NCBI GenBank assembly: GCA_965649765.1
Contig: OZ287752.1
Coordinates: forward strand, 77,562,001-77,626,000
DNA: 64,000 nt
Direction: 5' to 3'
From: Bispira polyomma
Lineage: Eukaryota
Part shown: positions 1-12,256 of the stretch, in pieces
How positions within the stretch are numbered: the stretch's first letter is position 1
How the letters are laid out: the number at the start of each line of letters is the position of its first letter
Translations under genes and position numbers: made by a program
The notes under the pieces: generated by a model
The model's database searches: none
What the model was told of the DNA's origin: nothing
What the model saw: the letters and a program-made list of their open reading frames with translations, nothing else

Positions 1-165
1 ATGATTCTTTATGTTTGACTTTTGTGTTCAGGAATAAAATTTATACAAAACAAGTAAAACAATTTACTGAAAAATACTGGAAAGAAGTGTTGGCTTGTTA
101 TATTTCTAATTTAACACAAATAAAACAATTTCCATAAACTTCACAATAAATTAACATGTTTAAGT

Positions 166-432
166 GGGGCCGCGGTGGCCTTGTGGTTAGCAAGCATTGT
201 GCTTCACAATCACTGGTCTCTCACCTCTGGGCCGTGCGAGTTAGAATCCTGTCAATGCCTTTGTGGGAAAGGTAGTAGTTCCTTACTGTGGGTCGCTGGT
301 TTCAGTGCAGAACGTTGATCAACTGTATGCAGTGTTTTCTCCAGCATTTCCAACTACCCGTCCCATTATAACCTAAACAGGTACTACAGTGGATGTTAAA
401 TATCCCAATTAAAAAAAACAAAACAAAAAAAC
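166..432 (+). mobile_element. tRNA-derived SINE, family A, full length
   Basis: Head GGGGCCGCGGTGGCCTTGTGGTTAG (A-box-like) and GAGTTAGAATCC (B-box-like), A-rich tail, short AGT(GG) flanking duplication; homologous to 8949-9164 and 46888-47142. Confidence 0.88.
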
Positions 433-735
433 AGTGGTGGTTTATACCAGCACATTGTGTTGGCACTCAGTAGCGTACAGGTAATCAAGCTCTGCTACTG
501 TCATGGGTTCAAACCTCAGCTATAATGCCATCCATGCGGGAACATTGGGCAGTAGGACGGTGGTTTGCAGTTTTTAGAAATCTTGACAGACTAACCCGTT
601 ACACTTTCCTTCATCAATAAGCCAATAAACTGCCTGTCCCTGATATAATGTATACTTTTACTACTTGGAAACTATGTTAAACTCAAAAATAAATCTAAAT
701 ATTACAATATATAAAATATAAGTAGGCTTTTATTA

Positions 736-1087
736 AGGCCTTTATAGATTGCCGACTACACAACACGACATGACAAGAGATGACACAGCGCGACATGCCC
801 CAACAGTACTATGTACATCAAACACTACACCATGCTACATAAATCCATGTAAAATATAATACATCTACAAAACTGAGGTTATTTCATTTGCAGCCATTCT
901 TTGCAAAAAAAAAAAAAACAATCTACAAATACGCAATGACACAATGTTTTTTAAAAAGATTTTTCTTCGTTTAATTGCCCTGTCATATAGTGAAGTGTCA
1001 AGAGCAGTTTATATAATCTCTATATAGTTTATTTTTTTTTTTTTTTTTCAGGTCGTGTCTTGCAGTTGGTGGTTTCATAAATGACCT
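736..1087. mobile_element. MITE with imperfect ~35-bp TIRs (PIF/Harbinger-like); second copy at ~7283-7635
   Basis: Left aggcctttatagattgccgactacacaacacgac versus reverse complement of right aggtcatttatgaaaccaccaactgcaagacacgac; TWA-like flanks; degenerate pentamer repeats inside. Confidence 0.6.
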
Positions 1088-2379
1088 TATTACACTTAAC
1101 TGATAACCATGAACCTTCAAACATTATGGCCCCAAGATGTGAGTTTATTCCCCCAACCCCACCTCCTAAAAACACAGCCTCGAAAATATGATCAAATAAT
1201 GGCTTTTCTTTGGCATGAAAAGGTGACGTCACACACGATATATTGGATATTTTACAGCTTTAGTCTTTGAATTATTGGGCAATAAAACATAAGAAAGTAA
1301 AACTAGTTTTTACTGTTCACTTTACAGCACTTGATTTTTTTATGTGTCTTCCCATATGTTGGGATTTTTTTGTGCTTTATTATTTTTGTTGCATTTTTTT
1401 GTGTTTAAGACTGTCTAGGCATGAGATGGGCTATAATCTTTTATATGCAAGTCATCACAATTTATTGGCTTGAAATATCTGCCACATCATGAAACGGGTC
1501 TCTCTCAGAGTGACCATCATACATTTTATGACCACTGGTTTGAAAAAAGGTTGTACAAGTTCCAGTCGTAGGGTCTCTTGAAATGTTTGTGTATGACCAT
1601 AAGGGTCAAAGAAGGTAAGCATGGACCTTTTAGGTTTGTAGAGGTCATGAGTGAGAAATGTGACCTTTTGGGGTAAAGTGTAAGATGAGAATCGGATGCA
1701 GTTTGGGATAAATTTATTTACAATCCTTTGCTTTTATATACATCTGTACACAAAAATTCAAATTTAAAATTTTGTAAAATGCCATACATAAGCAATAAAA
1801 TAACCCATAATACATACATTAGTATAACCTAACATTAGGGAGGGTGGTTTGGGCAAGATTTTAGTTGTTGCTTGTCCAACTTTTAATTTTCTAATGCCCA
1901 CTTAATGGAAAGGGCGGCGAAACGCCTGAGTGAACTTGGCCTGCTATTGGCTTTAGATAAGTACTGTGATAGGCTACTGCCCCAGTAAACAAATTGTTTA
2001 TAAGCAATATTGTATGATGTCAAATTTCTGTGACTGAGAAGTCATGCTTGCTGCACTTTGAATGACTATGAACCTGGTAGTTTTTTTAGGTAAGATGTCA
2101 AATGTGGAGAGGACGAGGCATTACCAAAGAAAGCATCTATCAAATTTTGGTGTGGATCTGGGCAGAAGGACAATAGATCTAGAAGTGTTATTTTCATTTA
2201 TTGGTATTGTGCTGCAGAGGAATGCACTCTACTGGGTGGCCTTCTACTTTACATATATCAATGTTTGTCATTGTGTTAAGGTATTATAATAGCATAGTAT
2301 TAACACCTAATGTTAAAGCTTTTTCTTGATAGACAGTCAATCATGTATTGATTAGGAAACATATTGGTTATATATTATA

Positions 2380-2990
2380 TCATTCAGATTAGAAACATCA
2401 GATCCACCCTTACAACGGAAGCAACACACACACTAGTTCTAGGCTTAGTAATGTCACATCTCGATTTTTGCAATAGTGTACTGTTTGGTTTACCACAAAA
2501 CTCAATTAAGAAATTACAAAGAGTTCAAAATATAGCTGCCAAATTAGTACTTAACAGGACAAAATATGAAAGCTCGACTGAATCCAGAAAGCTACTTCAC
2601 TGGCTACCAATTGATGCCAGGATTGAATTCAAAATTATGGTGCTTGTGTACAATTGCCTTCAAGGAAATGCTCCAGAATATTTGCAAAACCTGCTAACTC
2701 AAAAACCAGTGTTCAGAGAAGGACTCAGATCCTCGACTTTCTCAAACAATCTTCTTGTACCTAAAACAAGCCGACACACTTTTGCATTAAGATCTTTCAG
2801 TGTGAGCGGCCGATCATTGTGGAATGAGTTACCCTGCAACATTAAGGACTGTAACAATCCAAAACTGTTTAGGCAAAAAGTTAAGAAATATCTCTTTGAC
2901 AAGTATTACAAGTAGACTTTCATGTAAATGCGCATTTGAAAGAGAATTGTAAAAATGCACAATATCAAATGCAATATGTTATGTCATATC
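2380..2990 (+). pseudogene. L2-clade LINE 3' fragment (ORF2 C-terminus, ORF 2364-2915, plus 3' UTR)
   Basis: Motifs IRSTL..EATHTLV..LVMSHLDFCNSVLFGLP...KLQRVQN.AAKLV, LHWLPI..RIEFKI, APEYL, RSFSV.G..LWNELP are the typical post-RT region of L2 ORF2; no RT core present. Confidence 0.93.
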
Positions 2991-3576
2991 TTAACCGTGT
3001 ATCTCACTACTCAATATTTTTCCGAAACCCCCACCAAAAAAAAAAAGAAGAAAAAAGAAAATTGAATTTATTCCACAACATTCCAAATTAGTGTGTACAT
3101 TTCACATGGTTTGTATATGTTTAGAGATCATACGTGTGAAATTTTCAGAAGAAATTGGACTGTCAACAAAATTGTGATACGGTTGTGATTTTTAAATTTT
3201 TAAAAAAATATGGACTTTCAACTAAAAACATAGGTGGTCTTCTGAGGCGTACCAATTGAAGCTAAAGCAAAACTTAATTATTTAACCAGGACTGATGGAG
3301 TAAGGACTTATAAAAATAACTAAAATTATTTATCTATATTGTCAAGTGTTTCAGAAAAGATCTCAATTTTGTGTACTGTATAACTTTTGTGGCCTATTTC
3401 TGCTTGTATTTTTTATCATATTATCTCACAAGGTTTTATTGGGATTTTATCGTGTATTTCTTTTTGTTGGATTCTAACTCTACACATTATTTGAACAAAA
3501 CTATAGAACTTTGACACAACTATGGAATACATGCTCACGTCCCAGTTAGCATACAGTGTGAACCCTCGAAGACACG

Positions 3577-3828
3577 AAGTGTAATGACCTTGCTTAGTCC
3601 AGGAAAGGAGGTCAAGTTGGGGATATTTAAACCAAGCAGATGTGACTATGATATGATGCCCTAAGGTAATTTAGAAGGTCAAGCACGTTAAAGGTTGAAG
3701 AAAGTGTAATGACCTTGCTTAGTCCAGGAAAGGAGGTCAAGTTGGGGATATTTAAACCAAGCAGATGTGACTATGATATGATTACCTGAGGTAATTTAGA
3801 AGGTCAAGGATGATAAAGGTTAAAGAAA
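3577..3828 (+). repeat. Tandem duplication, 2 x 125 bp
   Basis: aagtgtaatgaccttgcttagtccaggaaaggaggtcaagttgggg... starts at 3577 and 3702; first ~80 bp identical. Confidence 0.95.
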
Positions 3829-5048
3829 GGTTTACACCAGATGTGATATAATATTAAAACAACCCAGGTGGTGAAAAAAAAAAAAATTGACAAAAAAATA
3901 TCATCAGTACAATATAAGCCCCATAGGGAGAGTATTGTGCGTTTATCTTCTTAAGTCATATAATTTTTAATATACACCACGAGGGTTGTTTTACATTTAT
4001 TATCAACCTATAAAATATATTATAAGCTTCTATAGGTCAAAATATAACTCTTAAACAGTCAGAAAGAGCCAAAAAAAATTGAAAATTCACGGCAAATTAC
4101 ATAATACAAACTAAAAGTACTAAGAGTTGTGACCTTAAAGAATTAGCTTCAAATTCAAACTTACACCAACCTAAAAATCGAGTTTTGTATGCAATAACAT
4201 TGCATAATGTTTATATTTTGTATATGTCTACATTTATAATCAATTTATAGATTCATATGTTTACTGCAAAAATGTTGAGACAACCCAAAACCCTATATAT
4301 AGTCCTTGTTTACGTTTCAAAACCTTCCATTTGGATGTTACAATGCAAACCAAGTATAAAGTTGGTACCTAAAGAATGAGCTTTGAGCACGAATTTATAA
4401 AGTATTAAAAAACAAGTTAAAAATACTATTCTATTGTTTTAGGTTAATTTTTTATGTTAAAAAAAACTATTTTTTTTTACCTTTTTATCTGAAATATTGC
4501 GTAAAATTAACATTAAAAACGTTAAAAATACTACAATTTTCATATATACATTCACGGGTACTAGGTAATACGGCTCATTGTAACACACACTATAAGCTAC
4601 GAAAGCATCATAGTTATGCCACAGTGGATAACAAATGTGTAGGAATGAAAAACAAAACAATCTCTAGCCACAGGAGTCCTTTTTATCTGCCTTATCATAT
4701 TTAGATAGATTAGATGATAGTTTTAACGTACCTAATTGATGCTAGTCATCTTCCAAAGTGCAACATCATTGACAATGTGGTGAAAATTATAGTCTTTTCC
4801 AACACAAGTTCGTGATCGTGGAGGTGACGTGGACGGGGAAAATTACTGTGGAGGCTAAGAAACAATGAAAAGGTGAGTTGTAAGGTTGCTTCTGAAACCA
4901 GAGAAGGTACTCTGGCGTTTAATATTGGCTGGTAAATTGTTCCATAGCAGAGGTAAGTAGTATTAATATTCAAGTAAATGGAAAATGTAAACATAAAGTA
5001 AACTTATTAAACAAAATCAGTCCCACCAGTAAAATGCTGCAGTGCTAT

Positions 5049-5347
5049 GGCCTGGTCACACCTATGCGTACTAACGTCCCCCAACGTTCATAAGCAATAT
5101 ACACTGAAAACGTGGTAGTATTGTATCAAAGTGATGTCATTTCCGTAAATGGGTAGTCAATTGTAACGTTTTGTGACGTTTCGTGACGATGTTGGTACTT
5201 GTACACACGAAGAGGGGACAAAAAATGAACCCTTTACTGGTAGGATATCACTACCACCTACTATGTACAGCTACGGACTGCTACTTACTGGTGCGTTCTG
5301 CTACCTACTACTAAGTAGAGCTACTTATTGATACGTTTGACCAGGAC
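5049..5347. mobile_element. MITE (PIF/Harbinger-like TIRs)
   Basis: Left ggcctggtcacacctat; reverse complement of right gtcctggtcaaacgtat; short internal ctac repeats. Confidence 0.65.
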
Positions 5348-5424
5348 ATTAACTCTTCAATGTCCAGTTTTAGTATGGCAGACTATTAAAGAGGTGGTAT
5401 GGGGTTCAAGGGTGACACAGATTC

Positions 5425-5725
5425 TGCTTGCCCAACAGCGGTGAACAGAGGCAGTCATAATTGATAGTAGTTTTTCCTATGATGTTCCCAAGTTGTGGAA
5501 TGATCATCCTTATGACACACGAGCGGCACAAACACTCAATAGTTTAATAGAAGACTCAAAACCTACTTGTTGTAAGAAACTTTCCAACCACTGTATCGGT
5601 ACCGAACGCTGATGATATCTTGGTTACAGACCTTGTCCCGTCCCATATATACAATATCTGGTTAATGTTTTGGATGGTGTGTGCCTTAGAAACCGCCAGT
5701 ATAGCAGATGGTTATCTGATTGATT
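5425..5725 (+). pseudogene. Degenerate L2-clade LINE extreme 3' end
   Basis: Translates FSYDVPKLWNDHPYDTRAAQTLNS then, after a frameshift, RRLKTYL; followed by UTR-like sequence ending in gattgattga. Confidence 0.7.
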
Positions 5726-6654
5726 GACAAAGGAGAGAATGACACATGGTTAAACCTTAAAATGAAGGGCTATATGCTGTAATATTATTTAAACTAAACC
5801 ATCAGGCCCTTGTATGACTTATGCTTTCCAGTTATAACTTATAGTTACTTTATTATTTATCATCCTGATATTTTTTAATAATTTTCTTCAGTGTCTTAAG
5901 CCACCGCAAATTTCACACAGACCTTCCGTCATCCGTCTCAATTCTAATTTACTGCTGGAGTGAATTTTGAATTGGCATGCATGATGCACACGAATGTATG
6001 CAAACACTATAAGTAAATATATCAGGAGCAAAAAACTTTTTTACGTATACTGATGGTGTGTACAGATCACGTTTACGTATGTGTGGAAACAGGCCATAAG
6101 GGATTAAAATTTAAAAATATAGGCTCTTAAGATGTAAAAGATATGGATAAAAATTTTCGTTTTAAAAGTCATGATATTCTTTTATTGTAAAAGGAAAACA
6201 ACACAAATTCTTTGCCAAATTAGCAGTATTTTCATATGGGATTGGAAAGCATTCCATAATGAAGCTCTTGAAAAGATTGCTTGCGTGGAGAACACGTCAT
6301 CTTCAGAGATGAAATCAAGAGCTGGACTTTTTTTGGTGTCACCTTTTTCTTAACTACTTCTTTCAAGGCATATTGTCTTGCTGTTGAGAAATGTTACATT
6401 GAACTAGTGGCACAAGGCAAAAATAGGCTGCCTTTTTAATTTTAAGAGAGAAATTCCATATTATACTATTTCCATGCCCAAAAAAACCTACATTATCTTG
6501 ATAAAATAGTGATTGTTTTATTTTTAACCAACGAAATCCAATTACAGTCTATAAATACCAATTATCTATCTATGTTTTTTACCATTTTAGAAGTATTTTC
6601 TGCTTATAAGATGCAGTAAGGGTTTTAAGTAGACGGTTTAGTAATATTTACCTA

Positions 6655-8117
6655 ATGGTTCTTTATGTTTGACTTTTGTGTTCAGGAATAAAATTTATAC
6701 AAAACAAGTAAAACAATTTACTGAAAAATACTAAAAAAAAGTGTTGGCTTGTTATATTTCTAATTTAACACAAAGAAAACAATTTCCATAAACTTCAGGA
6801 TGATTTTTCATGTTTAAGTGGTGGTTTATACCAACACATTGTGTTGGCACTCAGTAATAAATCAACTGTATGCAGTGTTTTCTCCAGCATTTCCAACTAC
6901 CCGTCCCATTATAACCTAAACAGGTACTAGAGTGGATGTTAAATATCCCAATTAAAAAAAACAAAAAAAAAAAAACAGTGGTGGTTTATAGCAGCACATT
7001 GTGTTGGCACTCAGTAGCGTACAGGTAACCAAGCTCTGCTACAGTCATGGGTTCAAACCTCGGCTATGATGTCATGCATGCGGGAACATTGGCCAGTAGG
7101 ATGGTGGTTTGCAGTTTTTAGAAATCTTGATAGACTAACCCGTTACACTTTTCTTCATCAATAAGCCAATAAACTGCCTGTCCCTGATATAATGTATACT
7201 TTCACTACTTGGAAACTATGTAACAAAACTCAAAAATAAATCTAAATAGTACAATATATAAAATATATGTAGCCTTTTATTAAGGCCTTTATAGACTACC
7301 GACTACACAACACGACATGACAAGAGATGATACAGCGCAACATGGCACAACAGTACTATGTACATCAAACACTACACCATGCTACATAAATCCATATAAA
7401 ATATAATACATCAACAAAACTGAGGTTATTTCATTTGCAGCCATTCTTTTAAAAAAAAAAAAAATAATATACAAATGTACGCAATGACACAATGTTTTTT
7501 AAAAAGATTTTTACACATTTAATTGCCCTGTCGTATAGTAGAGTGTCAAGAGCAGTTTATATCATCTGTATATATTCTATTATTTCTTCTTTTTTTCAGG
7601 TCATGTCATGTAGTTGGTGGTTCATAAATGACCTTATTGCACTTAACTGATAACCATGAACCTTTAAACATTATAGCCCCAAGATGTGAGTTTTCCCACA
7701 ACCCCACCCCTTAAAAACACAGCCTCGAAAATATGATCAAATAATGGCTTTTCTTTGGCATGAAAAGGTGACGTCACACACGATATATTGGATATTTTAC
7801 AGCTTTGGTCTTTGAATTATTGGGCAATAAAACATTAGGAAGTAAAACTAGTTTTTACTGTTCACTTTACAGCACTTGATTTTTTTATGTGTCTTCCCAT
7901 ATGTTGGGATTTTTTGTGCTTTATTATTTTTGTTGCATTTTTTTGTGTCTAAGACTGTCTAGGCATGAGATGGGCTATAATCTTTTATATGCAAGTCATC
8001 ACAATTTATTGGCTTAAAATATCTGTTGCATCACGAAATAGGTCTTTCTCAGAGTGACCATCATACATTTTATGACCACTGGTTTGAAAAAAGGTTGTAC
8101 AAGTGTCAGTCTTAGGG
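6655..8117 (+). repeat. Local duplication copy 2 (pairs with 1-1573)
   Basis: Same alignment as copy 1; lacks the 5' half of SINE A and carries a 40-bp direct repeat around the SINE remnant. Confidence 0.95.
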
Positions 8118-8584
8118 AACAAATCTAATATGATTTTACCTAAAATACTATAACTTTTAATGAAACATCTACTGCTTTAACCGAAAAAGATAAGAAGAAT
8201 GCATTTTAAATATATATCTTATTCTTAGTGAAATGACCCTTTTAAAAACAATGTTGAAGATATTTTTCTTTTGAAGAACATCTTTCAGTTTGCGAGTGTT
8301 ACATTGAAAAAAAGGAAATAAGAAGTTCTTTTACAGTGCACATGACGAACAAGTGCAGTAGCTATCATAACTTTGTAACTGTAAAATAGTTCACAGTTGT
8401 TTTAGTGGAGATTGTCAATAATGGCCCAAATAATTAAGCCCAAAAAGCGAGTTGTTACAGATGTGTTTTGTGATATTTAAGAAGCCTGTAATCCGTGTCT
8501 TAGTATAAAGACTGACAGGGGGACTATTCCATTCAGAAGCGGATGCCACTTTAAATGACTATGAAGCTGATACAAGATAATATA

Positions 8585-8883
8585 TAAAGATTATACAGAC
8601 TGCTCCCTGTACAATACTACACTACACCACATAGCATGACAATGTAATTTAGCTCTAAAAAACATCCTGTCATGGGGTATATTGATGAATTCTTTTACTG
8701 CCCTATACTGCACCCGCCCCCGCCCCTCTCCGCCCTCTTGGCTGTGCAGATGTATACTTTATTTAGATTATGTAGTGTAGTGTCGTGTTTTGTGCATATG
8801 TCACTGTCGTGCAGTAAGGTGTCGTCCCCTGTAGTGTAGTGCAGTGTGGTGTAGTGTCATGTAGTCCACAGTTTGTAAGGCCA
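8585..8883. mobile_element. Degenerate MITE related to 736-1087, with (CTACA)/(GTAGT)-type repeats in opposite orientation at each end
   Basis: ttatacagactg...ctacactacaccac at left; gtagtgtagtg...cagtttgtaaggcc at right. Confidence 0.45.
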
Positions 8884-8948
8884 TTTAACACTTTAGTTTA
8901 AAAGGAAATCAGTGAATAATGTATAAGTTAGTTTTAAAATATGCAGAT

Positions 8949-9164
8949 TGCGCTTCTGAATCACTGGTCTCTCACCTCTGGGCAGCATGAGTTCGACTCC
9001 CGCCGATGCCTATGTGGGAAAGGTGGTAGTTCGTTACTGTGGGCCGCTGGTTTCAGTGCAGAACCTTGATCAACTGTATGCAGTGTTTCCTCCAGCGTTT
9101 CCAACTACCCGTCCCAATATAACCTAAACAGGTACCAGAATGGACGTTAATTATCCAAAGTAAA
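8949..9164 (+). mobile_element. tRNA-derived SINE, family A, 5'-truncated, 16-bp TSD
   Basis: Perfect TSD TTTAAAATATGCAGAT at 8933-8948 and 9165-9180; canonical B box GAGTTCGACTCC; body matches 166-432. Confidence 0.93.
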
Positions 9165-11314
9165 TTTAAAATATGCAGATGTGAACATTGGGCCGTGGGA
9201 TACATACCATAGGGCTCATCGGAGAAAATAGTACACAGTTTCTTGAAGTCTCTCTCCGCCAAAATGCTGTGAAATAGTCTCTTGTTTGTGCTGTTTATTG
9301 TTCTTGAATTATATCATGACAGTGAAACAACCAACAGAAAACGAAGCAGGCGAGTACCTGCTGTAAATATATACATGTAAAAAAATAGGCTTATTACTGT
9401 ATCTCTTATAGGTAATCAAAACCAATGTTTTGCCACTGAAGCAGTAGTATTCGGTAAACAATCACTGCTGTGTTTTACCGCCTTTTACTCATAATCCCCG
9501 TGTGAGCAGACGACCTTTTAGAAAAGAAAAACTTCTGGTGGCCATAGCTTATTTTTTTCCTGTTAAATATGCTGAGATCATACAATGATATGGAGGAAAT
9601 TGAATACACTTCATTAAAACACCATTATGATATTGAAAAGTATCAAAATATTGGAGTATTAATACTACTTGGTAAACTGAGGCGGCTGAGTATCGACATA
9701 TTGTGTAAACCTTAACTTAAATTATTGGATCCCCCCCCCCCCCCCCCCCTTAGACAAATCCACTCGGCTGTAAGCCATTTATCATAGTTAGACAGGGTAC
9801 TGTCAACAGAGCATCTAGAATAACTGTAATCTTAGGAATCCATAATCTCACTACTTTCTTTCAATGGCAAAATGCCACTCATCCGCGGCATGCACAAAAA
9901 CATACAAACAAATAAAACAGATTTTTACCGACCCCCCCCCCCCCCCCCCCACCCACCCCCCACCCCCCCAGCACCTTCTCCGCTTCCCCATATAAATTGT
10001 ATGTGGATAGCCCTGCCTACTCTCGAAATGTGATTGATGTCTAAAAGAGAGCTTCACTTCTTGTAGTGTACTTTAATGTTTTATGTGTTACTTTTACCTG
10101 GAACAATAAAAGGAGCCAAGTTAAGGGAATGACGTTGTTGGTTATGTGTGTTGGCAAGTTAACCTTGAAACAAGTTCATATCAAGAAATGTCGGTAAAAA
10201 GAGGTAGAGTAAGGATATTAGTTTAATTTATGTTTTAGCCACTAATATTTATGTACATACTGGATTGTGGTGCCACCTTAACCCCATGAGTTAAAGCTGG
10301 GTAGATAAGGTCACCTTAAGTTGAGTTTTAAAGTTAAGGTGACCAAATATATGATTTTTATATTACTGATTGCCTTAGTATTTCAATGCTAAGGCTACCT
10401 TAAATTAAGATAGAGTTTGCGTTTAAGGGTAACCTTAAATTTTTAGGCACCTCGGATTGAGATTGAACACAGGTTCTCTGTGTTACCAGGTCCAAGTGGC
10501 ACATGTTAGCCTCCAATTAATTGTTCTGGCTGTGGTTGAAAGTGCTTGCTAGTAATAATCGCTGGTCAGTTCCCTGATTACCAGAGGTCAGATGAAGGCA
10601 AGTAGGAACAAGTTCAGAATGCGGTTTAAAATATTTATTCTAACTACAAGTCTAAATACAGAATTGGTTACTAAAATCATTATTACTTTTTTAATACTTT
10701 CAGGTGGCTTAAGGTCACCTTACTGAATAAATGTTTTACTTACGATAGTTAAGGTCACCTTAACCTCAAACAGTTTTACATGGTATAACGGCTAAGGTGA
10801 CCATTAATTAAGTTAGTTTTCTAAACAACAAGCCTTCAGGCCAAACAATAGAAATGTTTCTAAATTTTAGTTTCATGCACTTTAGGCAAGATATTTTAGA
10901 CTATGTACATTAGAAGTTAGGTTTACACACACTTATATACACTTGAACATGCATATATGCATGTTACATTATCTGCTACTATTAAGACAATTACTAGTAA
11001 CATATGTTAAGAGAGGAATTTACCTTTAGTTAAGTGTTAGTACACACTAAGTATAATAAGTTATGATTTAACTAAGCTAAGCCGCTACGGTCTTAGTTAA
11101 GTCATATTAATTATAAGAAGCTACGCTTTAACTTAAAATTAGAAAGTTACGCTTTAACTGATTGGCTATAGACATTAAGTCCAGTACATTAAGTTTTCAC
11201 TAAAACAAGTTTACGTAAAACCAGTTGAAAGTAAAACTACTTTAAGTATAAAACAGTTGTAGGCAAGCAAGTATTAGCCGGAATCACCCAAACCCCAACT
11301 TAGTAGAAGTAGAG

Positions 11315-12256
11315 CTAGGGAGCCAGATGACGTCTGAATGTATTTGCAACTTGGTGGTCAACGGTGTCGGTGACGTACCTCCACGTGCAGTCCGAGGTCC
11401 AAGTACCGTGTTGTTGTATATTTTGGATACTTACATTATGATTGAAGGCAAACGTGGCACCCGAATGACGGAAAGGGGAGCCATAACTGGTTAGTTCTGA
11501 ATTGTAACAAAGCTGCGTTATCCCCACCAGGGGTAATTGACATTGCTGCTTTTAAGGCACCAACCGGGCACAACGGGGATCCAGGAAGACATGGTATAGT
11601 GATTAGTTTAATTTGCTTGTTGGTTTACATGGTCTTTGACCATTTGATAAGTATGACAGCTTTGTTCTGTCGAAACATGACATCCCCCTTAGCTAGGTGT
11701 TTAAGGGGAGAGTACTGGTTAGCCAAATGTGGCACTAAGTTGGACAGTCTCAGAAAAGAGAAGTAGCTGAGCAAATATACAGCTTGGAATATTGCCCCCA
11801 GGTAAGTGCTTTCAGAAGCAGCAATAATGTTAGATAACGTAGTGGTATCTATGATTTTTTTCAATTTTACATTCAAAAGAACTGACAATTTTACCGCCTT
11901 TTGATAATAAGCAACTTTAGGGTCACTGAAGGCCAAGACATTACTACCATACAATATTGATTGGGCCTTAATGGCAGAGAGGTAATTGGCCATTTGGCCT
12001 GGTTTTAAAGAAAACACAGGAGGTCAAATACATTCACCTGATTGTAAGGTCGTTCCATAAAAGCATTATAGGCTATGTAGATCCTATACATGGTAGCATA
12101 GGCTCTGCTGGTAGACCTGGTGAAGGCTAAGTGCAGTTTTTTGGTTGCATTTCTATAGAGCAATTGGTGGAGAGGTTTGTTACCTGAAACATAATAACCT
12201 GAAGAAGTATGCATGTTATATTTGCTCATTAACTGCCAAATACTGTATATTGACAT
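11315..12256 (-). pseudogene. Tyrosine recombinase (YR) of the retrotransposon, broken into three ORFs
   Basis: SAM-like N-terminus (ANYLSAIKA), YFSFLRLSNLVP (catalytic Arg), IKWSKT (Lys), LCPV read through a stop, FRHSGATFAF (degenerate HxxR box), HGTWTSDCTWRY (W and catalytic Tyr); frameshift ~12010, stop 11625, deletion/frameshift ~11525. Confidence 0.92.

Larger units (their letters stand above)
1..1573 (+). repeat. Local duplication copy 1 (pairs with 6655-8117); runs off the left window edge
   Basis: Continuous co-linear match, e.g. 1 atgattctttatgtttgacttttgtgttcagg = 6655 atggttctttatgtttgacttttgtgttcagg, through gaaaaaaggttgtacaagt at ~1560 / ~8104; roughly 90-95% identical by eye. 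Confidence 0.95.

Noticed and set aside
166-250. tRNA genes at SINE heads (also 47060-47142, 62551-62625)
   Set aside because: A/B-box-like motifs are followed by SINE bodies and tails; no convincing cloverleaf or T-run terminator.
2995-4640. Possible large non-autonomous DNA transposon
   Set aside because: Composition is suggestive but I could not find matching TIRs or a TSD.
11315-12256. Phage integrase or prokaryotic retron/DGR-like RT system
   Set aside because: RT, RNase H and YR motifs and their order match eukaryotic DIRS-order retrotransposons, and the context is SINE/LINE-rich animal DNA.
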